A stretch of 63,218 nucleotides of DNA, the filler included, from Intoshia linei (Eukaryota > Animalia > Orthonectida), in the NCBI GenBank assembly GCA_001642005.1. It is 6 parts of 6 records of this genome, joined end to end, with 100 filler letters (N's around TTAATTAATTAA, not from the genome) between each part and the next. Parts side by side here need not be neighbours in the genome. Positions count along the whole stretch, not along the records: positions 48,156 to 54,963 come from LWCA01001635.1; positions 55,064 to 61,802 come from LWCA01001650.1; positions 61,903 to 63,218 come from LWCA01002675.1; 3 more parts are not named here. One strand, 5' to 3'. This document shows positions 53,559 through 63,218 of the stretch, piece by piece; position 1 is the first letter of the stretch, and the number at the start of each line of letters is the position of its first letter. The position numbers were made by a program, and so were the translations under genes. The notes beneath the pieces are model-generated. The model ran no database searches and had not been told where the DNA came from. It saw nothing but the letters and a program-made list of their open reading frames with translations.

Positions 53559-54393
53559 ATGGATTCAAAAAATGAAATTATTATAATTGATATTGGACTA
53601 GAACAAAAGTAATATTTTAGACCTGGAATATTTATGCATTTTTTTAAATTTTACAGTGAGTTTACTGAAGACTTCAAAACCCTAATTAATGATTCAATAA
53701 AAGCATTGTTTGGTGATCAAGTAAATTTAAATAGTGACCAAGTATGCAAAAAAATTGAATTACATTTACAAAGCAATTTTGGCAACCATCTTGTACATTC
53801 AGAAAAATTCATGTTTTGCTCAGAAAAAAAAAATTTATATTTGGATATTTATCCTATTCATAAATTTGAAGAGGTACAAATTATATTGGCATCTTTTAAT
53901 GTTAATATAAACCGCGATTTTAAAAGATGTTAATGTGAACCCCTAAGGTCCTTGAAACATATATGAATTCATGGAGGTTTAAGCAGGACCGTGGAAAGTG
54001 GATAGGGTCATATGGACCGGGTCTACAATCATGAGGCGTTTTTTTTAAATGTTTATAGGGCCTACTGCTGGCTCTCTACAGTCCTGGATTTAAGAACCAT
54101 CTTGAGGTAATTGGGAGTATGATAAAATGTATTTTTATTCTTTAGGGAGTTGTGTGTTTACAAAATAGTATTATTTTTTAGGGCAACGCCATTTGTATAG
54201 TACAGATTGAGTATGTGACAAAAATCTTTTTCGACCCTTGATATAAAATATACGATCGTTATTAATTTTTAAGTAGAACAGTGAAAAATTGGATGAAGAA
54301 ACCATTAGTGCTTACAATTGGACTCAGTTGCCTTCAAGACAACACTTCACATCTTGGAACAATCTTCATTATTCAACTCCTATTAAGGAAGAG
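53559..54393 (+). CDS. TRIP13: Pachytene checkpoint protein 2 homolog (AAA+ ATPase), N-terminal exons only; the remainder is not in this block
   Basis: 'LDIYPIHKFEE|NSEKLDEETISAYNWTQLPSRQHFTSWNNLHYSTPIKEE' matches the TRIP13 pre-AAA motif (E.L.EE...A..W.LP...F...W..L.Y....K). Confidence 0.72.
53984..54086. mobile_element. hAT MITE, 103 bp, compact relative of 32030-33327
   Basis: CAGGACCGTGGA ... CTACAGTCCTG; TSD ggtttaag/gatttaag. Confidence 0.85.
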
Positions 54394-54534
54394 GTATATA
54401 TTATATAGTACAGTAGTCACAAAAAAATTTACACCACCGCCCCTGTAAAAATAAAATTTGCTCCGAACCTTCGAAAAACGTTTCTAAGAAATCTAAGAAA
54501 AATTATTTTGTAATTGTTTAAAGATGCAGAATAA

Positions 54535-54963
54535 CACTGGCGAACACTAAAAATTATAGCAGTCTAATAACCATATTAAATTATAGTATATATATCACAA
54601 ATTCATTAATCGAAAATTATATATTGATATCAGATCACATCAAAAAGATAAAGCCCTTTAAATAGTTTTCCTTGTAACTATAACAATATATAATTTAATA
54701 TACTTTTTAATAAGATGATGTAAATTTGAATTTTATTTTATTTGATTTTATTATTTGATCTAATTATGAACTCTTGCAATTATGAAAGCGTATCAAAATA
54801 TTGTTATGTCTGCGAAATTTATCTTGTTAAATCAAAAAGAAAGTACGATATGAACAATAATAATCTCATCAATGTATATGAGCGTAAATTTTTCATTTCC
54901 TCAATAAACTTAACGAATAGCTGGACGCCAACTCACATTTGCAGTGTATGCTATATGCATATT
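54535..54963 (+). mobile_element. 5' end of a Chapaev3-like transposon
   Basis: TAA|CACTGGCGAACA terminus; ORF 'SKYCYVCEIY...SWTPTHICSVC' (N-terminal zinc finger related to 58160-59950). Confidence 0.65.
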
Positions 54964-55063
54964 NNNNNNNNNNNNNNNNNNNNNNNNNNNNNNNNNNNNN
55001 NNNNNNNTTAATTAATTAANNNNNNNNNNNNNNNNNNNNNNNNNNNNNNNNNNNNNNNNNNNN

Positions 55064-56015
55064 AGTTTTTGTAGTATTTCGTAAAAGTATGCTGTTGAAG
55101 ATTGCGCTGTTTTGGGAAAACTCTGTTGATTGGGGATAGTTTATTTAAACGTTCAACTGGAAAGAGTCGTAGAGACGTTAGTATATTGGTTATTTTTGTG
55201 TCCCATTCTGGATTTTTATTAATTTCGATAATAAGTTTCTGTCTTATAGTGCGGTTGAGTCGTTTAACTTTAACAATTTCTTGGTGACAGTAAGATTTAG
55301 ATACTGATTTGTCTATGGAATGAATCTATGCGAATGCTGTTTTAGCTCTATCTTTTTCGTTAATAAGTATTTGCCAATAGTGCAGGTAGAATGGTGCAGT
55401 AAAATTTTCGCTATTAGGTTTTAAGTTAATAGAATGTGATCTATGATTACATAGACCAGGTTTGTCAGAGAAAATTTTTATGAATTTGTTAATGATGGGA
55501 TGAAAGGTGGGAGGTGTTTTAATTAATATATTATTTATTTTCTCTGGCTTTTCGGATACATTATAGCAGAATTTTATTAACCCTAGTTGACACGATGATT
55601 CTTTCTCGATGAGATTGCATCCATTGGTTATTAAAAAAGATAAGGTTATTCCTTTTAATTTTATATTGAATTTGCCGTATGTTGTTATTAGTGATCCGTC
55701 ATGGTTTGTTAATTTTATAGGGCATGGGACAACAGGTGTTAGTGGGAATATTTTATTTTTTTGTGTTATATTAAAAATTTTAACCGTTGAGTTAGTGTCA
55801 ATGAGAAATTTTAATATAATTACCTCGTTTTTTTCGCTTTGAGTTTTCAGTTCTGCGATTGCTTGACCATAACTATGTGAGATGGTATTTATTCTGTTGT
55901 TTCCTCCTCGCCACATTGATGCAAAATGATTAGGAATTGATCATTTTTGGCATTGTTGGCCATAAGCACAACAGTTGCGTTTTGTATGGGATGTTCCACA
56001 ATTACCACATTTTAA
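55064..56015 (-). mobile_element. Decayed Gypsy-type LTR retrotransposon gag-pol fragment
   Basis: Zinc knuckle 'KCGNCGTSH...C', aspartic protease-like 'KFLIDTNSTV', RT-linker 'FSDKPGLC..HSINLKP'. Confidence 0.75.
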
Positions 56016-56079
56016 ATAGTAAGTCAATTTTTGTTAAGTTGATAGAAAGTTGATGTGTGTGTTTTAATGAGTGATGTAA

Positions 56080-57395
56080 TTTGTTTTGTCATTTTCAATG
56101 TGATGACTAGAACCATTCAAACATTATGCTCTTATTATGTCTAAAGTCGTTAAGCAACAATAAATAAATTCAAAATAAAATAAAATGTAAACAAATAAAC
56201 ACAATTATGTAATTCACAATGATGCAAACTTCTTTTAGAGTATAATCAAAATCTTGTGTAACCTAGTCATTATGCTCTATGAATGGCTCTAGTGATGACA
56301 TATATTCAGTATCAATTTAATAAATAATTAATTGAATCTTCACTTTATAAATATTTTAGTCCAATTTTACCATTATTGCAAAGGATTGTAATATAAAAAT
56401 GATTTATGTTAAAAATTTTTCCATACTTTTGACCTTTTTTTTTGTGAATGTGACTTTTCTTTTTATCATTTTATGTTAAATTTGTAACAATTATCAATAA
56501 AAAAATAACGTTTCAGTTAATATAAATTTAATTTTATAAATTCGTTGCTGTAGTGCTAAAATTTGAAGATTGTAAAAAATGTTTGGAAAATGAAAATTTG
56601 AAAATTAAAAAATTGCGTAGCAATGAAAAAAATTCCGAAGGAATTAATTATATAGATTTTCACCCATATGTCTTCATTGGAAATGTGTACAATACACATT
56701 TTTTTTTGAAATTGTAGGATCAATATTTACATTTTCAATTTTTGATTTTAATCGAAATATTTGAAAAATATTGGTTGATAATATATTAAAAATTATTTTT
56801 CACTGGGATTGCGTAGATTTCTGGGGTTGAAATTTTGTATTTATATCAACTGGAATAAACTCTATCAAAATAATTTTTTTTTAATTTTTGGACCGTTAAT
56901 TATTTTACATTTTTTGTTTTAATAAAATATTTCGGAAAAAAAAATATATGAATACTAAAATGCTTTTTTGACTGTGAAGTCGTCACTTATTTGGATTGAA
57001 ATTTTTTATGTGTTAACATGATACAATTCTACCACCTGTAAATTTTTTGAAATTCTAGAGCTGTTTTAAAAAAAAGGAAGGGAATTTTGGGTTTTGGGCC
57101 ATCAAGGTATAATTTTTTTTAAATTTAAATTTATGATAATGTTTATGATTTTCTAATCTGCATTAGCGTATATATTTTTTTAAATTCTCCAACGCGTTTA
57201 ATTATCAAAAAGAGCGACAACAGGAGTTTTTGACCCTTAAGATGTAAAATTGGGAGGTTGAAATATATCTTAATATACGTCCCGAAAAAAATTGTAATTG
57301 AAATTTGGTCTTTAAAAAATTCTAAGATGAGTAGTTATTTAAATAAAGCTGAACACACACAAAAAAAAAAATCGCGTCGCATTTTATAAGTTAGA
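56080..57395 (-). mobile_element. Non-autonomous Helitron copy (3' end missing)
   Basis: Reverse-complement homology to 16875-17670 and direct homology to 32645-33170. Confidence 0.8.
56108..56291. mobile_element. hAT MITE (184 bp) inserted in a Helitron copy
   Basis: TIR TAGAACCATTCA / TGAATGGCTCTA; perfect 8-bp TSD GTGATGAC. Confidence 0.9.
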
Positions 57396-58159
57396 ATATT
57401 CACAATTGTATGTATTTTTGCTTAACGACGTTAGAATATCTTTAGAGCATTCGATTTGAATGGCTCTAATGATAACTAAGATATATTCAAAAAATTATTG
57501 TGACAGGACTTTTGTATTCAAACTTACAAAATGTTCCTGAAATGGAACATTGGAGGTTTCTCGACAAAATTTTTATTAAAAATTTGTTATATACAATGCC
57601 GTGTAAAATAAACTGGCACTTGTTAAAAAATATTACGTTTTCATAAACAATGATTAAATTCGAAAACATTAAATAATATTTTAAATATACAAATGAAAAT
57701 AACTCATACATCCAAATGAGGAGATTTACTTAAGTGAATACTGGAATTGATGCACAATTTTTTAATTGAAATACAGGCAATTTAAAAGTGATAATGAAGA
57801 TATTAAAATAAAACAGTCATGCAAAATAAACTGGCATGTAAATTAAAATTTACATAAATTATAATAAAATGTTGTGATATATAATAATCTAATAATATCA
57901 ACTAATATCTAGTATTCTAATATGAAGTAAACCAACGTCCGATGCAAAGGAAATTAATTTAAATTAATATTCATATCCAGCAATTTTAAATGTATCAGTT
58001 GACTAACTTCTTTTTCAATTTATTAAATTAAATATTATTTATATAAATACGTTATTAAATAACCGTGTATGAATCTATAATTTTGAGTATTATTCAATAA
58101 CTTGGTGTATGAAAAATAATTTACTCTTATTTATATATTACAAAAAAAATTGCTGTTTA

Positions 58160-59950
58160 TTTTAGTTGGTCGCAGCTGTACTCGATGCTGTCTCGATACG
58201 AGAATAAACATCACTCGCTGTTAAAACAAAAAAACAACACTGCTGTTTCCATCCTTGCTTATGAGTTAGGTTTCAACAAGCTATTTGTAGTTAGGTGCTT
58301 TTGTATTTTTCAAGAATAATTTTACTACATTAGTAAACGCCATCGAGGCACTCAATTCTGCAGAATTCATAAAATTACAGAAATTTGAGTCATTCAGTAA
58401 CTTTCGAATCTGAGGTCCATCAAAAATTCCTGCTTTTAATTTCTCTATAGTTAGGCTTGGAAACGTCATGCAAATATATTCGAAACAGTCGCCATCTTTT
58501 CCAAGAGTCTTCACAAACTGTTTCATGATGCCAAGCTTTATGTGAAGAATAGGAAACACAATTTTGGAACGCTCCACCAGAGGAGGAGCCAGAACATTGA
58601 AAGAGCCAAGAGTTAGCATACTGCGCACAGGCCAATCTTTTTGTATCGAGTGCTCTGTTTTTGCCCTGCCGTCCCACAAATATAAGAAGCAAGAAAATTT
58701 TTTGTAGCCACCTTCTAGCCCTAGGAGAAACCCAACCATTTTCATATCGGCATATGATTCATTGGTGCTGTTTATATGAAATTTTTTCAAGAATAAATTT
58801 GATTTCATCATATTTTTCTTTGAGTGTCGTTGAATGTCCTAGAGGAACTGATCCATATAAGCTGGCATTGTGAAGAAGAACTTAAAATTCTTTTGGAACT
58901 TTCTATAAAAAGGCGCCAATTTTGAGGATCATACTGTTGGACACCAAGCTGTCGCAGCAAGCCGGCAATGTCGTTGCAATATATCTATGTGGTTTTTTTG
59001 ATTGAAATATGGTAAGAATTTAATATGGCGCTTTCTATAGAAGGTTATGAGAGCTCCAGGCTGAAGTAGATTTTTTTATTTGAGTCTTGAAGCCAGAAGT
59101 TCAGAAGATTCTTTTGAAAGGTTTAGATCTATAGTCAGTTTATTAAGTTCTTGAGAAAAAAGCTGTGGTAGTAAAGAAGCAGGAAAACCGGCATTTGAAC
59201 CGGTAGCTTCACTACTGTCAGTGGATATAACGGAGCCATGGTCTTCTTCAGAACCCGGTAATTCCAATTCGGGCAAGCCTTTAAACACTGGAACAGGAAT
59301 TTCACTGCAGTGTGGAATTGGTCTAATTTCAGACTCAAGATTTGGATAAATTAACGAATTCTTGTTTTTCTATTGATTCCCTTCGTGTTGACTGCACAGA
59401 AGTAGCAGTCATCGAAATGATTTTTCGGTTCACGCCAGACCATTGGAATGCCAAAGCAGAGGGACAATCTATACTTTTTTGTCTACTGTCGAAGATGCTC
59501 AACATGTTTCTTGCATACAATATTGGGTGCTCATACCTTATCTTGATCACCAGACACTACTTTGAAGTAAGCAATATAAGCATACATCAAAAATTCATTG
59601 ATCCTTTTTCTGTTTTATTGCAAAGTATATTTTTCGAAAATATAGCAAAACACATTTGAACTGTTAAAACAACGTCGCCTAGGAAAAGATGTAGCCATGC
59701 TTAATTTTTGTTCCGAAAATCTGCAACACAAAGAAAATAATGCAGGTAATTTGCAAGTAAAATTGAAGTAAAATTATGTCACTAGCATTTACATCACAAT
59801 AACAAAGAAAAAAGGTATAATATAGAAAATATCAAAAACTTGACCTGATGAGAGAAATTTAGTATGGTTTTTAAAATCAGCACTCTATCAGATTTAGATA
59901 GTCTTAATCAGTTTAGAAACCTTGGGCACCAAAAAATGTGTTGGATAGTA
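58160..59950 (-). mobile_element. Chapaev3-like (CMC) DNA transposon, decayed transposase
   Basis: 'RRRCFNSSNVFCY', 'FGIPMVWREPKNHFDDCYFC', 'DMKMVGFLLGLEGGYKKFSCF', 'FPILHIKLGIMKQFVK', 'KAGIFDGPQIRKL'; multiple frameshifts. Confidence 0.8.
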
Positions 59951-60054
59951 ATCATTGATAATTATCAATACTTTAAAGGAGTGATTTCCAAATTTGTTTC
60001 AGGTGGAATTATCATATCAAATTATTTTTTACTTTAAACTAATTTATTTTTATT

Positions 60055-61095
60055 TTACCATTTTATTTCCATTTTAAGCTTTTTTGATCTAGGTAAAATT
60101 AGAATATCATCCACTTCAATTTTTAATTTTTCTATTTTAAATTAACCAGCTGGTGCATGTTAGTGTTTACCATTTTCAAATTGAAATTTTAAATCACGGT
60201 CGAGATCGCCCATATCTCCAGCCGCTGGGGGAAGTCGATGCAAAACTGATTAAAATCAAAATTTTTTTTACGTATAAAATTTCTTTCCTAGGAGCTTCAA
60301 TTTCGATCTTACCAAATGTTTTACTTTGAGAACATTAGTGGGATAAAGGTTAACATATTCAAATATGAATGTGTGCATGAAACATTGAATATTTGTTTTT
60401 AAAATATTTTCGTTCATTGGTTTTACAATGTATAATCGATGAATAAATCTGGAGAGGTAACCCCAGGTAATTTTATATGCATGTATGTTTTCTTTTGTTT
60501 CTAGTTAAAGTATAATAAATATGATGGAAAATATTATGTGACCCAGCCAGTATTGTAGTTGAAAAACAAAAGCTTTATATTTCAAATTGAAAATGGGACT
60601 GGAAATCTATGAATTTTCTTAACTCTCTGAAACACGCACCAATAAATATGGAGTGATAATTTTTATAGATGTGATAGACGATACGAGTGTCCCAGTAATT
60701 TGATTACAGGCATTGTAAACACCACTTATTTACTTTTAATTGTACCTGAAAAACATGTTCTATTTCAAGAACGTTGGCAGGATTTATATCCTTAACTGAA
60801 TGGAATATCAGCTGATAAAAACGCTTTTCGTAAAGTGACATAAAATCACCACCCACGTTGTGTTCGATTATTGGTTCAGTGGAATAAGCAATGTGTGATA
60901 TAGCCTTCAAGTGAGAATTGATGTTGAACGATTTTTTACTATAAATTTTTTTGTTTAAAATCTACAAAAAAGCTTAGAATCCGGTAAAACCAAAAAGCAT
61001 TCATGGCATTCAGGTTCGAATTGAGTGTGTTTCTTTTGATTCGATTCCTTCAAGGATATGTCCGATGTTGTACTAATATTTAGTGTATTTACCAT
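60055..61095 (-). CDS. Hypothetical multi-exon protein
   Basis: Open exon-like blocks with GT-AG ends ('MVNTLNISTTSD...', 'ILNKKIYSKK...EIEHVFQ', 'LHRLPPAAGDMGDLDRDLKFQFENG'); middle junctions unresolved. Confidence 0.35.
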
Positions 61096-61431
61096 AATGT
61101 AAATTAGAAAGTAGTTATATTACGCGGTCAAAATGTCAATGATAATAAAATGATGCTAAATTTTAAATTATAAAGTGCATTCAGTACAAATATTACATGT
61201 TAAATCACATATACAATGTGTATATAAGGACTCATTATGTACACATTTTGTATTAAACACACATTCCATTTATGCAAATAAAATTAACCGTTTTGTTAAA
61301 AACAGACTAAATTGTCGACATATAGGATATAAATGGTCTAATCTAATCTAATTTTTGAAATAGAATATATAGCAGACCACCAAGTTGTAGAATACTGTAA
61401 AAGTGAATTGGTCCACTGCTGATTTAGTTAA

Positions 61432-61515
61432 CACTATGCGTGTGGCAACATTTGCAATTTCTTAACATTTCTATAATTTCCAAATACTGCCTATGAATAA
61501 ACAACACGCATAGTG
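61432..61515. mobile_element. 84-bp piggyBac-type MITE; longer relative at 26900-27022
   Basis: TTAA|CACTATGCGTGT ... ACACGCATAGTG|TTAA. Confidence 0.85.
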
Positions 61516-62253
61516 TTAATAATCCAATTATCACCAACTCTATTTTGTATAGATTATACTTGATGGATTAAATGATAGGCATTACTTAATTCCCAAATTG
61601 ATGAAATTTTTTCAGAGATTAGAGATTTTAGAAGCAAAAAGAAACTTAATTAATGAAATAACACGAATCTAGATTGAAATTTACAAATTTAATCAAAAAA
61701 AATTTAATAAAGCATTATACTGGCACTATCTGTGGAAACGCATAATAAATCCGTTAAAATATTCAAATTATATTCTAATAGTTTTTGAGTCAAAAGTTCA
61801 ATNNNNNNNNNNNNNNNNNNNNNNNNNNNNNNNNNNNNNNNNNNNNTTAATTAATTAANNNNNNNNNNNNNNNNNNNNNNNNNNNNNNNNNNNNNNNNNN
61901 NNAATGTTTGAAAATTAATGACACTTTTTAAAAACCTGTATATAAAAATTTCCTTGGTAACATACTGTGCCTACTCAGACAATTTTTCCACGCCACGTGC
62001 CTGGTCTTCATAGTTATTTTTTAGTTAGTTTTAGTAAAATCTTATCATTAATAACAGTAATAAGGTAAAAATCTCTTTGTATATGTAATATTCAATCCAG
62101 TAATTATTATAAATGTAAAGTTCACCTCGATGAACTAGTTATTGATTGATAATATATTTGTACAAAACTAAATTGTCTTATTTTAAATATAGAACTTAAA
62201 TTGCGTAATATTCATTATCTAAAACATTACAAGACAATTTACCTTACTGAACA

Positions 62254-63218
62254 ATGAATAATCTTTTGCCCACACCGAAACCATTGATCGACGAAAATGG
62301 AGTATTGACAACTGAACCAAGTGAATGGATTGAGGAATTTGAATTAATGATGCAACTTGATGAAGCCGTTGAAAAGGAATCTAAAAATAGTCGCAAATTG
62401 ACATTATTGAAAATTATCATTGGTTCAGAAGGCGTTACTTAAAATATGAAGAAATGGCAAATAATCAACCCTTTAATAAAAAGGCAGGAATTTTTGAAAG
62501 CTGAAAAAAAAATGACGAAAACTTCGATAACTATTTTGTATGAATACACTCGTAATGATGAAGAAATGATTTTACTGGACATGTGTATTAAAGGAATAAA
62601 TTGTCACAAATTAAAATTATTGGTGGAAGATAATTTAAATTTGTTTAAAGCAAAAAAAATTTGTTGCAATTGGGAATTTTTAAACAAAGATTGCATTATA
62701 AACCAGGTGGATCAGAAAGAGTCAAAAAAATGTTTTAGATGCGATTCCTCTCAACATTTAACATCTTTTTTGGAATGCCGAGCTAGACAATTCATAAATG
62801 TATCTGTAAAAAATGTAATAAACGAGACCACTACACTAAAGTCTGTAAGCCATTTTTGCGAAAACCAAAATTAATCGGTAATTTCAATTGTATTAATAGT
62901 GGTAAATCACACAATATATTTGTTCAAATTGAAATTGACAATCAATTTGTTAACATGATTCTCGATACTGGTAGTGAAGTAAGCTTATTACCCTCACATA
63001 TTTATGAAAATTCAAGGTGTGACAATTTGATCAAAAGTTATAATACATTACGTTCTTTTAGCGGCCATTCAATACAACCAAGAGGATGGTGGACTGCAGA
63101 ATGTAAATTTGGAAACAAAGATTTGAAATTCTTCATAATTGTAAACCAATTATGGGTTTAGATGTAATTAAAAGTCTTAAAATTGACTTAAATCATATGA
63201 TTCATAATTGTAATTTGA
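62254..63218 (+). mobile_element. Decayed Gypsy-type gag-protease region
   Basis: 'EWIEEFELMM...KLTLLKIIIGSEG', zinc knuckle 'KCFRCDSSQH', protease 'MILDTGSEVSLLP'; in-frame stop and frameshift. Confidence 0.8.

Overview
Very AT-rich animal (metazoan) nuclear genomic DNA, not prokaryotic. Genes are split by many tiny GT-AG introns of roughly 30-50 nt, plus a minority of kb-scale introns filled with transposon debris. This architecture resembles highly reduced parasitic bilaterians such as orthonectids; that taxonomic guess is inference only. Five artificial 100-nt spacers (N44-TTAATTAATTAA-N44) split the window into six blocks whose adjacency is not proven. After manual splicing I recognise SERAC1, a TRP channel with a TRPV-type pore but about 17-18 ankyrin repeats, HIBADH, a long coiled-coil gene, CMTR2, a Trp/Pro-rich tandem-repeat protein, UQCR11, MRPL49, AGPAT3/4, a minimal DM-domain (Dmrt) gene, laminin beta, EDF1/MBF1, a highly divergent nuclear receptor and the 5' part of TRIP13/Pch2, plus two weakly supported orphan genes. 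Mobile DNA includes a non-autonomous Helitron family (about 10 copies or fragments), many hAT, piggyBac and Tc1/pogo MITEs, and decayed hAT, Tc1, Chapaev3 and Gypsy elements. The most novel-looking items are the long-ankyrin TRPV-like channel, the nuclear receptor with a non-canonical P-box (CSMCIC) head-to-head with MBF1, the W/P repeat protein, an acidic Tyr-rich insertion in the laminin beta LN domain, and extreme gene compaction around UQCR11. No rRNA, tRNA or CRISPR array was recognised.
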